DNA of 56,528 bases, filler included, from Platydemus manokwari (GCA_037951405.1; 4 parts of 4 records of this genome joined end to end with filler, not necessarily neighbours in it); one strand, 5' to 3'. Shown: positions 13,296 through 26,000, numbered from the whole stretch's first letter. Notes: generated from the letters alone by a model not told the origin. Translations and numbers: made by a program.

Positions 13296-13593
13296 AATAT
13301 TTGTTTATTAATTAAAGTTTTGATATTCTGGTAAATACTTTTTGTTATAACAATCAAATAAATGAAAATTTATAATAGAAGTGTTGCAGTTTTATGAAGA
13401 TATAATTAATAAATGAAATTAAATTGAAATTCTGGTGTTTTAGGATAACAATGAATACCACCTATTGCTTACAATGAAGTTATAAATATAAGATTAGGTA
13501 GCGATTTTGTTCCCAACAGAATCTGCTCGTCTCAGATACGTGGGAAATGTTCAATCACTCTCTTATATTACAAATAATAAGTTAAATATAAAT

Positions 13594-13733
13594 ATAAGCT
13601 ATCCTGTAAAATATGAATAAATTATCGAATAAAATGGTACAATAAAATTAATTTATTAATAGTATAAATTGAATTTTATAAGCTATCCTGTAAAATATGA
13701 ATAATAATAAATTATCAAATAAAATGGTACAAT
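13594..13733. repeat. Local direct duplication (about 50-bp unit, about 84-bp period)
   Basis: ataagctatcctgtaaaatatgaataa..attatc.aataaaatggtacaata occurs twice. Confidence 0.85.
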
Positions 13734-13807
13734 ATTGGGTCTATAACTTAAAAACCGGAATTTTTTTAGAACAATTGAGTGTTTATTAAAGAAAATCTTG
13801 TACAATT

Positions 13808-13907
13808 NNNNNNNNNNNNNNNNNNNNNNNNNNNNNNNNNNNNNNNNNNNNTTAATTAATTAANNNNNNNNNNNNNNNNNNNNNNNNNNNNNNNNNNNNN
13901 NNNNNNN
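13808..13907. other. Artificial contig-join spacer N44-TTAATTAATTAA-N44
   Basis: Identical 100-bp structure three times in the window. The 12-mer is palindromic and carries stops in all six frames. Confidence 0.95.
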
Positions 13908-14584
13908 TTATTATTATTTCTGTAACAAGGAAAACCAGAGAAAATCAAATAACATGTATTTAATGAGAAGGAAAATATGATTATCATTAAAAATAATAAT
14001 TGAACACTAGATTTCGTTTTGAGTTTAATTTATTCCATTTATAATTCAATGATTTACCATTATTAGAATATGAAATTAACAATGAAATTTTTAACTTTTA
14101 ATTTAATTTTCACTGCTTGTTGAGGTTTTACAAGCTTAAATATTGAAACATTAATAAACTGGTACTGAACTGTGGGGGCTGGATTTTTTGCAATTGAGTT
14201 ATACATCATTATTAATTAAAACCTCTAATTCAAACCCAAAGCACTTTAGATAAACTATATTTTATAATATCATTCATATAAATGATCTTCATATCTTCAA
14301 TAAAATAATGATTATCATGAATTTTATTATCATAAATTTTAAAAAATATTGCGCAATTTGAATTTTTAGAATAATTAATAGTAAAAATAATAATTTTGTA
14401 TTGTCATTTATGAAATAACATTAAAATTGAAGTTATGATCAATTGTTCCTAATTAAAAATTAAGATATTCATTGGGATATCCAGTTTCATTTACTTATTT
14501 CACTAAAAATTAATTAAATCATCACGTATCAGTATTAAAAAATATAATTCAAATGTAAATTCAAATATAAATATGAAAATATAC

Positions 14585-14732
14585 CATTTGTTGAAGTGCA
14601 AATGCTTTCCAATAAGCCATTTATATTTTTTACTCGACTTCTGATAATATTTATTCCATCAATACCACGATGTTTCATAATTTCTTGAAGCTCATTGGGA
14701 GTTAGTGCAAACGTAGAATTAATTTCATTCAT
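14585..14732 (-). CDS. First coding exon of a plasma-membrane Ca2+-ATPase (PMCA/ATP2B-like); rest of gene not found in window
   Basis: FALTPNELQEIMKHRGIDGINIIRSRVKNINGLLESICTSTNG resembles the PMCA N-terminus (F..TL.ELR.LMELRG.EA..KI...YG.V.GIC..LKTSPNEG). It ends at a phase-1 donor AAT G|GTAT (GT at 14584-14583). Confidence 0.75.
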
Positions 14733-15388
14733 TTTGAAAATTAAAAAAAATTTTTTTGAATTATCACATTTGAAGAAAGATCAACATTTTTGTACAAATG
14801 CCTTGGCAATAAACAAAGTACTTTAAATAAACAACTGTAACTAGATTAATATTTAAAATTCACTGATCAACTTTATTATGAAATTACGTAATTAGAAATT
14901 AAAATTTTTCATAATAATGTTTTAAAAATTGTATTAAATAATTTCAGTTTCGATTCTTGTACATAGGAAAATTTTAGATTGTACATGTTTATATCAATAG
15001 TAGTGATTTTCTTTAATGTAAAAATATATATTCCTCATTTCAAGATGTAGTCTTATCATTTTTATTCAATTTCATCTATATAAATTTTATTTCACAGGCG
15101 TTACCTTAATCATTTTAATAAAATCTGTGTCAATAATAATACAAATTTGGAATTTCGTAAATAAATGCTCGTCTTATTAAAATAGGTTATAATATTTATA
15201 AAATTTACATGAAATACAGTTATTACAAAGTTAATTTTACATATTTTATTAATATTAATTTGCTACTCAGTAAATATTAAAACATACATCATAGTCTCTC
15301 AATCTCTATTATAATAAATTGTTAAATGATTGGTTAGTTCATATTTCCTGCTCAGTAATTTATAAAGTAGTCAGAAATTCTCAATCCA

Positions 15389-17287
15389 ATGTTAATGTAT
15401 CAATCAATTAAAATGAAATTTCTTTTCATATGTGAATTTTTCATTATGTTCAAAGGAACTTTCTTCTTAGATTGTATTCACAAACGTAATTCACTAATAT
15501 GCGTCAATAAGGATTTATTAACTTTCCCTAAATCCAGCCTGTTAAACAAAGATATCGATAATTTGGATTTATCAAAAAACAATATTCGCATTTTATATGA
15601 AGATGCTTTGGAGTATTTCGAAAATCTAACCAATCTGACTTTAGATTCAAATAAAATATGGAAAATTACAAATAACGCTTTCAAAAATCAAAAAAAATTA
15701 CAACATCTTTCACTTCGAAATAATGCCTTAATTATTAGTACGAATACATTTTTGTCTCATGTTTTCCGACACTTGACTAGTCTTCAATATCTAGATCTTT
15801 CAAATAATCCTCTCGGTATTATTCCAGGGGAGTTTTTTATGGAACTGAGAAGTTTGAGATCACTCTACTTGGAAGAAATGGTGAAGGAAATCAGAATTCT
15901 AAAAGGTGCATTATCAAAATTGTATAATCTGAGAACATTGTCTCTTGCTAAAAATAATTTCATATCACTTCCTAATTATATGTTATACGAATTTCAAGAA
16001 ATGCAACTGGAATCATTGTTGTTGCATGACAATCCATGGGCATGTGATTGTCGAATGAGATGGTTCAAACTTTGGCTTATAACAATAAGACAGAATAATC
16101 CTTATTCATATTTATCGATAGAAAATATTCTAAGAAATATTCATCCGATGGTTTGTAAAATTCCACAAAATCTCAACGGAAAGCTGTTCTTTGATATGAG
16201 TCTTAATAAATTTGAATGCAAACCAAAAGCTCTTTTGACTGGTAAAACTATAGTGACAAGCAATTTAGACAATGTTACTATATCTTGTTTCTTCGAAAGT
16301 GATCCGAAATCATATGTGAAATGGTTCAAGAATGGTATATTGATTCAAGATCATTGGGAAAGAGTTAAGAAAACTCAAAGTGTAGGCATAAAATTTATAG
16401 CAAATTTATCGATTATTAATGCAAAATATGCCATTGATGATGGCTCATACGTGTGCGAGACGACTAACAATAAAGGTTTTGCTAGAACAAATTTCACTTT
16501 GATTATAAAAAGTCCTTCAATTTATCAAGATAATCTAATTGAGTACAAAAATCAGCAGACAATTTTACTATTGATAATCGTTGCTACTGGAATCATTACC
16601 CTGATTATTCTAGTGGGAATAGTCATTTATTGTTTCTATGGAAATAATACCAATAACGAAGTGAAATGTATGAATCCAAAGTTATCAGATTTATTGTACG
16701 TCAATGATAATATAATCATGGCATGCAACTCTGACATTGCTCCAGTTTCTCAATTATCAAAATCAATATATCAAATGAAAGAACCAAACGATTTGATCAA
16801 ATGGAATGTAAATGAAACCGATTTATCAGAATCGACTACCGAGAAAAAAAATTCTGATTTTGGAAACCAAGTGGAAAATAATGAGAATCCTATCGTTAAA
16901 AATTACATGCTGAATGAGAGCACTTTTTCCAATCCAAATTCCGATTCTGACAATCATTCATGTCAACTTTCGATACATGAAGATTGTCCCATTCATGGAA
17001 TTGGAAATTCCTATAATTGTCCGGTTCACGGATCGTCCAATGAAGTAAAAGAAGTCGAGGATTCATCGTACAATTGGAGTTATGTATTCAACAATAAAAA
17101 TACAATAAAAAACAATTACTATTCTCTAAAAACTGGATTGAGCACCAAAATTTCTAATGAAAAAAGTTATTCTTCTATACATTCTTATCCAATAAAATTA
17201 AAGCAATCAGAAATCGACAATGATGATTGTTTATTATCTTCCGAAAATGTCTTAAATCAACATTTGCATGAAATTGATCACAAGTAG
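15389..17287 (+). CDS. Intronless LRR + Ig-domain type-I membrane protein (LIG/kekkon-like, 632 aa)
   Basis: Hydrophobic N-terminus (true start may be MKFLF at 15413). LxxLxLxxNxI repeats, LRRCT (NPWACDC..W..C..P), one Ig domain (VTISC..WFKNG..DDGSYVC), TM helix ILLLIIVATGIITLIILVGIVIY, and a long cytoplasmic tail. Confidence 0.93.
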   Translation: MLMYQSIKMKFLFICEFFIMFKGTFFLDCIHKRNSLICVNKDLLTFPKSSLLNKDIDNLDLSKNNIRILYEDALEYFENLTNLTLDSNKIWKITNNAFKNQKKLQHLSLRNNALIISTNTFLSHVFRHLTSLQYLDLSNNPLGIIPGEFFMELRSLRSLYLEEMVKEIRILKGALSKLYNLRTLSLAKNNFISLPNYMLYEFQEMQLESLLLHDNPWACDCRMRWFKLWLITIRQNNPYSYLSIENILRNIHPMVCKIPQNLNGKLFFDMSLNKFECKPKALLTGKTIVTSNLDNVTISCFFESDPKSYVKWFKNGILIQDHWERVKKTQSVGIKFIANLSIINAKYAIDDGSYVCETTNNKGFARTNFTLIIKSPSIYQDNLIEYKNQQTILLLIIVATGIITLIILVGIVIYCFYGNNTNNEVKCMNPKLSDLLYVNDNIIMACNSDIAPVSQLSKSIYQMKEPNDLIKWNVNETDLSESTTEKKNSDFGNQVENNENPIVKNYMLNESTFSNPNSDSDNHSCQLSIHEDCPIHGIGNSYNCPVHGSSNEVKEVEDSSYNWSYVFNNKNTIKNNYYSLKTGLSTKISNEKSYSSIHSYPIKLKQSEIDNDDCLLSSENVLNQHLHEIDHK

Positions 17288-18773
17288 TATCTCTTTTTGA
17301 TAATTTTTACAAAGCAAATTTTGCTTGGAATTACTTTATTAACAAATGTAATCGGTTATGTTGTAATTGTAGCAGAAATAGATATCGTTAAAATATAAAC
17401 AGAGCGAGGTCTATAAACAAACAAACCTATTATTATATTGCTTTTGTGTAATTATTATATCTTGTCACCGTTTTGAAATTATTGAAAATATTCTATTCAA
17501 TCTCAGTGATTTTAAAGCAAAGATATTCATTTATTTTATATTAGAATAATGATAAATGTTCAGACTAACTAAAATTCGAAATTCGTCATCAATATTGTTT
17601 TAAATATTTAAATTCGATTATTAAAAATCGATTATATTTAAATCAAAAGTAAAAATATATTTTAAAATCGTCTAATATCAAAAAATACGAACATTGTAAT
17701 TGTATTTGGAATATAGTAACTTTCAGATAGTAAAATTTAGAAAGTTATATAAATCATTCGAATATTTATTCAAGCTATGACATTAATATGAAAAGTAATT
17801 AAATATGGCTTGGAAGATTTATATCTGGTAACCAGGACTTAAAAGCTATAGACGACTATTTTAGTTTGTTATTAATCTTGATCATTTGCTTTTCTTATCT
17901 CTAATTAACTCAACTAGTAGATGGCACACGAACAGTCAAATTTTCACGATGATATATAAATGATATAAATTTCCATCAACTCCATTTAAATTTATTGCTC
18001 TAATTATTATTGTTAATAAAGCCGTAATAGACTCGATATGATTTTATTACCCATAAGAGAAAATTGAAAATTTTAAATCTTTTAAAAATTATTGGAAAAA
18101 CTTATGCCTAACTAGTAATGTTATACTGGTAGGTTCTCGTATATTTTGTGATTCTATACTCCTTGTATTCTTTATGAAAGTCGGAAGAATGTTTCCTCAA
18201 GTTGATTTATTTACATTCACTGTAACTTAATAACACGAATTTTACGGAACATAAATTTTAAATCTCATTGAATACAAATCTGAAGTATTTCGATAAATGT
18301 GATTTATTTACTGGGATAGTCAGTTAAGACTGCCTTGAAATAAATCTATCTATAGATTTGTGTATCAATGGGATTGTTAATCATTAGTTTCCCCACCTAC
18401 CTTAAGCATGCATTAATCATCTTCCTTAATATTATCTGATTTATTATCTTTCTCAATCCTTTAACGTGGGTTGTTTGAAAATGAAATTAACTGCATTATA
18501 TTTACTGAAAATCTGTTGTGTTATAAAATATTCTTTATTAATACCTATTATTTAAACATTGAGAATAAACATTATATATTATTCATTTGTGATAGATTAT
18601 TTTCTGATGAAATTTATTTATTGTAAAGATTATTGTAAAATATATTGTGGAAAAAATTAAATGTAAAGAATCGAAACTAGAGTTTAAAAGCGTCTGAGTT
18701 ACACATAAGCTAATATATAAATATTAAATTGTTATGTTGATTTCCTGAACAAATTATTAATGGATTTGAAATA

Positions 18774-18942
18774 CTAACCTTCACTGAAATTGCCGTAAAT
18801 AAGCTTACCAATAGAATAGATTTCAACAGGAGAGAAATATATTTGAAAATAATAGCAATACAAATAATTTCAAGCCAGGCAATTTGTGGGCGATTTTACC
18901 ATTAATATTACTATTATGAAGTCATTTAACGGTGAAGGTTAG
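18774..18942. mobile_element. Possible MITE bounded by an 11-bp perfect inverted repeat
   Basis: CTAACCTTCAC at 18774-18784 and its reverse complement GTGAAGGTTAG at 18932-18942. Confidence 0.4.
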
Positions 18943-21415
18943 ATTAAAGTACAACTATTTTTATTAGCCTTTTGTTATGATATACGATAGAGAATTCAAA
19001 TAATGAAAAAATATAAAATTTTTAGTGTCTGGGTCAGTAGCAATTAAGTGTACAAGGATTGTAAAACAATTATAGTCATAGAATTTGAATATAATTGCAA
19101 AGTCTGGCTTGTATACTCTTTATAACAAATAAAAAGTTGATAGTTCTGGTTGTTTGAAATATTTCGTCTGAATAATTTATTTTCAGAATTTTTCATTTAT
19201 ATTATTACCAGTTAAAGAATATATATATAGTTGATAAATTTAAAAAATTTTCACTGAAAAATGACATCCTGGTTGAATGGATTAAGCAAATATTTATTTA
19301 ATTTATCACTTGTCTATTTTATGGTATTCTAAAAAAATTTTATTATTAAACTGTAATCGTAGTTGAATTTAGAATTTTATTCTGGTTCAAAAAGTCCAAG
19401 TTTAATTTATGAAAAAAGCAGTCTATGTAAATTCTATGATTATAGAATCAATGAGTTTACTTCTACTGATTTGGGTTGGTAGCGAGGCCAGCTCGAGTTT
19501 CCACGATTGTAGATGGTCATTAAGCACCTTCTTGGACGCGTGGAACCGACCAGAATGATAAACTAGTCAATATGATGAATAGAAATCAATTCAAATGAGT
19601 GAAAATATACTGTATCTTTACTTTTCGTAATATTTAATTGTGACAATTATCAATGATATTTAATCGGGTTAATATTTTGTTGTTTTGCTTTTTCTATAAT
19701 CAATGGTTTATATTATCGATATTTATAATTGTTTATAATAACATTTGAACTCCGACTTGTAATTTCAGTTTTATAATTTTCTTATATTTACTCTTGCTGT
19801 TCTTTATATTCAGCACTTTGTTTGATATACATCTTAATAATTAGGTGTAGCTAATTATGAACATTGCAAGTAACATAATAGCAAATTATAATATACGATA
19901 ACACATAATATTATAGTATTTGTATAATTATTATATAACGGTATTATAGTAAAATAATACTTCAATCAAGTATAGTAAATAATCGAGAGCAATATTGTTA
20001 TGGAATAACTTAAATTATAAATACTATTCCTAACAATGAAACTTTTAGTAAGGAAACATTTATATACATTATATACATCGTCTTATTTCTGATGATGTAA
20101 ACAGATGATGGAAGGTTAATTAGTTAGTAGCAACTGACAATTGCACAATCACTAATCACTATACATACATCACACATCACGCACACAGCATTCACGTTTT
20201 CATTTACGAATCTCCCTCACAACTATAATTTATTAAAACTGATTAACGAAGAATCAAAAAATAATACAATAATCTGATAAATAGGTTTCAGAAAATGCTA
20301 GACCAACATATCATCTCACAAAAACCCGAAAATCAATAACGAATGAAAACATCGTTCTGTTTTGATTATAATTATGTGTGTCTACTGATGATTTTAAAAA
20401 AACACAGTAATTATTATTGGTCTTTCACACTGTGCTTTGATTGATGTATTGTGTTGTTTGTAAATTTATGTTAGTATTTTTAATAGACTTGGATATTTGA
20501 AATTCATCTTGTTTCTGATTGATTGATTAACATGTGAGTGTCCGACTACACAGATTTAAATTTAAAGGTGATTTTTTTAATGTTCCAGTGATTATTTGTG
20601 ATAATCGTATTTTTTCAATCATCAACCATTACAAGCTTTTAGCATTACAGAAAGTGGTGATTAAAATCCCGATAATTCGCCAAACCAAGATATAATTCAC
20701 TCACAATTCCAACAATGGTATTCAAGAAACCTGGTTAAAATCCCAATTTGAATAGATTTTTATTATCAATGACATAGAGATTGCGTAACTGCTAATAAAC
20801 AATGTGTGATTGATGTGTTGTGATACAATTTTGATATTTCTCTTTCCCGAACAAATTCTGGTGCTTCGATATGATCCCGGATCAATTCTTGGAATAGACA
20901 ATCCTTTATCAGGTGGTGGCTCTGTTGTGTCGTTAAGTCATCATCTTATTTTTTGTGTGTTGTTCTGTTTCAAAATTTTTGTAAATTCTTTTATTAAAAT
21001 AATTAATTTATAAATTGAATTTACTATAATGAATTAATGGAAGTCTATAATTAAGGTCTATATTTGAAACGTTGAATTTTATTAGTATAAGTAAATGAAA
21101 ATTATGAATATAGATAGTGAATATACGAATAAAAAGAACGAAAATATGGAAGAATTTGTAATCAGAAACTATGTATTATAATATCAAACAATTAAAATAT
21201 TATTAAAAAGAGTCATGCATTATTTATTTATGTTTTCATAATTCACAATCAAATTATATATAAATAATTAATGTAGATGGTTTCATTTTAAAATATTCCT
21301 TGTCCGAAAATGCATTGTATTAACGATTAATGAATTGTAAATTATTCGATATTATTATTTTCAAATTTCTGGTGTCATTTTTTGAAATTAAGTAAAACAA
21401 TTATTTATTTTTAAC

Positions 21416-22798
21416 ATGAAATTATTTAGTAAAAATTATTCTGGAAGCAAACTAATATGTTCAAATCACAATAATGCCTCTAAACACTTCAAAGATTATG
21501 ATATTAAAGGATGCAATAATAACAATGAAGATCCTAATGAACCCCAAGAGGAACCCACTCAGAAGTCTAGGATCCCAGAAGAAGAGTATTCATTACACAT
21601 TATGGATCTTTATCCTTTGGGTTTTAACAAAACGGATAAAGAATGCGAAGACGAGGAAGAAGAAACCGGGGATGGTGAAGCCAGAAAATCAGCCAGATGT
21701 TCAAAACCACCTCGAAAAAAGAAAAAGAAAAAGCGAAATGAATACGGACATGAAGAAGAAGAGGCGGAACCCGATGAGAAAGAAGACGAGCCTTACAGTT
21801 GCATTTATAATGTTTGGGTCCCCGATTGTATGAGATCAAAAAAAGACTTCATTGAATGCCAACAAATAAATCTTTACGAATTGGAAACGAAAGCGATGTT
21901 CGAGAAAGTATTTCAAGACAATGGCTATTTCAACAGTTTACTCGATTATGATGAATTCGTAGAATGTCTCAGAGGTACAAGCACCAAAATATTACAAGGA
22001 GTAGAAATGAAATTTGGAGTTGAAATTGATGTGTCGGATTCATTTTATGGTTTAACCGGAACGAAACTCAGAGCCTATAGTTTCCAGGGCACAAATAGAA
22101 GATCGGTTTATATTGCTTTCAATTATTTCAGTAGTTCATGGACCCAGGAAATGGCAATCAATACCATTACAAATTACGATATTTTATTTCAACCTGATGA
22201 TTGGTATTTTTCAGTCATTCAGATCGATAATGGCAATCCCCGAGAACACATGCAAATCGAAGATGATGGCCAAATTGGTAATGAAAATGAAGAAACTGTC
22301 AATGTTTCCAATAAATATGATATGTCCGATATGAATCAACTCCAAACCAATTGTAAAATATATGATGAGAATTTAAATCAAAATCGTTTGGATACCAATT
22401 CGGAAGTTGATTCAATCGACAATGTTAATAATGAGAATCAATACACTAGAAATAGTATCACCAAAAAGAATGATCATTTGTTTCAATTGTGTGTCAAATA
22501 TTTGAAGATTCCGAAAATCAAATTACAAAAATTATTATTCACATCTTTAAAATCGGAAACAGAATCAATCAGTTATACCATATCAAATATGGCCAAATTA
22601 GTCAATGAAAATAATAATCAACATCGAGATACGAATTCGATTAGTATTGGAAATGAAAATATCAATGTAATTGGAAATTACAAATCTGTCAATTTTTTAT
22701 TGGATTCATATAACAAGCCAATACCAATATGGATCAAACAACAAACAGCAACAGCAGCAACAACAACAATAACAGATCATTCATTGAAAATTTATTAA
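21416..22798 (+). CDS. Intronless 460-aa protein with acidic/basic N-terminal tract, central degenerate KH-like domain and Asn-rich tail
   Basis: Long stop-free ORF in AT-rich DNA. PPRKKKKKKR is a putative NLS. EFVECLRGTSTKILQGVEMKFGVEIDVS..RAYSFQG..SVYIAFNYF fits type-I KH spacing. AATAAA at 22869. Confidence 0.75.
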   Translation: MKLFSKNYSGSKLICSNHNNASKHFKDYDIKGCNNNNEDPNEPQEEPTQKSRIPEEEYSLHIMDLYPLGFNKTDKECEDEEEETGDGEARKSARCSKPPRKKKKKKRNEYGHEEEEAEPDEKEDEPYSCIYNVWVPDCMRSKKDFIECQQINLYELETKAMFEKVFQDNGYFNSLLDYDEFVECLRGTSTKILQGVEMKFGVEIDVSDSFYGLTGTKLRAYSFQGTNRRSVYIAFNYFSSSWTQEMAINTITNYDILFQPDDWYFSVIQIDNGNPREHMQIEDDGQIGNENEETVNVSNKYDMSDMNQLQTNCKIYDENLNQNRLDTNSEVDSIDNVNNENQYTRNSITKKNDHLFQLCVKYLKIPKIKLQKLLFTSLKSETESISYTISNMAKLVNENNNQHRDTNSISIGNENINVIGNYKSVNFLLDSYNKPIPIWIKQQTATAATTTITDHSLKIY

Positions 22799-23066
22799 GA
22801 CTTCCTAATTGAAAAAAGCATTTTAATTTTTAAACAAAAATTAATTTGTTATTTATATTTAATTTCTCAATAAAAATTTTTCAATAAAGAATAATAATAC
22901 CGATTTTCAGTTATCATTTTATAATTTCAAAAGAAAAAAAATGTACATCAAATAACATCTATTTGTTTACAATATGATAATGTTCAACAAAACTGCTTGT
23001 TACGGCACCAACTTTGATATTTTTCTATACGGACAACATTAAATTCACAATAAAAAATAACAACGA

Positions 23067-26000
23067 TTAACAAACGCAAAACAATTCATAAAGATTTCCG
23101 GTCGATCCCATCACTTCTTTCTGATTGGATGATTTTGAGTGAAGTGTGTTGTACGATTTACTGTATCTGCGATCTAGATTAGTACGAATTGGCGGATTTG
23201 GCTTCTAGAATCACATGCCAATGAAACAACATAAATCAAACATCACATCATGTAGCTCACAAAATTACAATAATTTTTGGATGTTAAATTTATTCAATTA
23301 AATAGTTATATATATATATATAATGTGATTTCTGTATAAAATTAGATCAATCAATATTTTCCCAAAAAATATCCCATACTAATGAAGCGGCATTAAACGG
23401 ATTAAATAAATAATTCAATGATAAACATCAACATTGTCATAATGATAATAATAATCGTAGAAAAATTATCCATCACCATGCATGAAATGTATGTTATAAT
23501 AATTGAGCCTATTAAATTCATGGAAAGTTGCAAATGAGTTTGTGAGCTGACTTTTCTATTTGATTGCTGAATGAAATCATCTGAATGATATTGATTTTAC
23601 AGTTGACCATTACAATATTTGATGAGTGAAACGGTGTAGTGAGACAGTTAACATTTGATTGGGTTTATATGTATCAGTTTATATGTCATTTTGAAGGATA
23701 TTCATTATTTGGTGATGAATGGAAGAGATATATATTTTGTCATGTCGATATTGTTTGAAATAGACAATTCAATTATTAAAGCCGATTAAGCGAAACTGTC
23801 GCCTGTTTCAGTATTTATTAAAGCCACAAGTGTTAATAGATCAAAAATTTTCCCAATGAATTCATCAGATAGGAGTGGGAGGAGGAATTATCGATTATTA
23901 ATTTTGGTTAAAATTTTTCTCGATCAATATTCAAAAAATAATACAAATCACATAAATCGATAGATCTCGATCATTGACACCCCCTTTCTGTCAAACATTT
24001 TCCCTTACATTTCAATATTTACATATAAAATTTGCTTTAGTTTTTAACAAATAATATTTCCAAAAAATCGGGTATGATATGATTTAATATCGATTTTTTA
24101 AAAAAAAATCAGGAAAAATATAAATTAAAGAATAAAAATTGGGAAAAATATGATTTAATATCAATTTGATCAATAAAAAAATCGGGAAAAATAGGATTTA
24201 ATATCGATTTGATCAATAAATCAGGAGAATATGAATTAAATAAAAAACCGGGAAAAAATTAATTCGATCAATAAAAGTCTCCCCCCCACCATAAAATCAA
24301 TAAATATTTCCAAACCAACAACAAAATAGAAACAAAAATTCTTACGGTGATTGGTGAAAGCAAATTTTTCTGAAATAAAATAATAATAAATCAATATTTT
24401 TCATAATAATAAATAATATTCTCTCATTAAAACAATTATTTTTTTTACTTTCATTGGGATTTTCGTTGGAATTTTGATGGTTTCCTGTTAAAAATAAAAA
24501 AAATATCATTCGGGATTCATGATTTATTTCTATTTTATCGGTGATAAATCAATATATTATCCAACATACCGGTTTTTTAAATTCATTGACGCGTTTGGGA
24601 AATTTATTGACCGGATTGGATGATTTTTGAGAAATGGTTTGCAAAGGATTCTGAATAAAAGATATCCACCCATCAATCAATCAATCACCAAATATAGACA
24701 CCAAGCTAACAGTTACGTTGGAACTTTTCGAAATATCCAATTTGGAATTGGCCGGTTTCAATTTTCGATCCTTTTTCTCGTTTTCTTTATCGCCATCGAT
24801 TTGAGACCACATAAATGAAATGTGTTCATCGATTTTGCGATCATTTATTCGCAAATCCTCCCAACTCATACCACAATCGATATTGTTGAATGAGGCGAGA
24901 ATCTCGCGGATTTTCGATTCACATTTCGGCAATTCTTTCTTTACGGCATTTCTCTCCTTTTCGACTTTCAACAGAATACCGCCACGGTTTTTCAAAATGA
25001 TGGGATTTTTCAGATTGATCTAACACACACAGAGAGAGACAAATAATAACGACAAATCCGAAACCGAAAAAACCCACTGACATTGATTTCGATTAATTTA
25101 TTGAATGATTTCTCCCATGTATCCATTAACGATTTCAACGGGCCCAGATGAGTTTCAATGACGGACCATTTTTCCAGCTATTAATGATGGAATACAAATG
25201 AGGGGAAATCAACCCAAATTATGCCCACCTCATCCTCCAATTTCCCAATCAAACATTCATCCACTTGATCGCAATTCAACAGCGATTGATAATGATCACT
25301 ATTTTCCAAATGAGCTGAGAAATTGTCTCGCAATTTTCCACGGATTTCCATCTGATAATTCAGGGCAAAGTCGACCATTTTTTCCCGTTTTTCATTTTCC
25401 AATCGTAAAACATCATTTTTTAACTATCGATTATTTATTTTTGGTTATTTTTCAAAAGGAAAAAAAAATTAAAAAAAAACAAACCAATTTCAAAACCGTA
25501 TTACTATAATCATCGCAATCTTTAAAAATATATCTATCGCTTTCAGATATATCCAGGGCAGGATATAAGATCGTGTGCAGTTTTTCATATCTTTCTCTCA
25601 ATTTTGTGCATTCGTCTATATTTTTTTGATATTCCGATCTCAACTGATTGATGAGACGATCGCATTGGTCGAGAAAATCCATCGACAATGGAACATAGGC
25701 GACGGTTTCATCATTATAAATACTCTCAACGAAAGCATCTTTCGGTGGAGTCTTGTCTAATAGATTGAAATAATTTATTATTTCCTTTCTTTTCGATAAA
25801 AATCCTATTGCCCTATTTCTCTATTTGATAATCATAAAGAGAATCCACCCTAAAATTAATCATATTTACTTTCACAGTTTCTAATTCATTGATTTTTATC
25901 TCAAGAGCTTCCAATTGATATTCCGTCGGTATTAAGCTTGGATCCAGATTCAATTTGTATTCATAAATTCGTTCACATAATTTATCTTCCATATCTAATA

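Noticed and set aside
20375-20410. CTGATGA hammerhead-ribozyme-like cores (also 29390 + and about 48037 -)
   Set aside because: None has a correctly placed GAAA together with pairing stems I, II and III.
23470-23560. Possible extra PRC1 exon (KSQLTNSFATFHEFN) on the - strand
   Set aside because: An acceptor and weak similarity to the PRC1 tail are present, but there is no convincing in-phase donor, so it was left out of the model.
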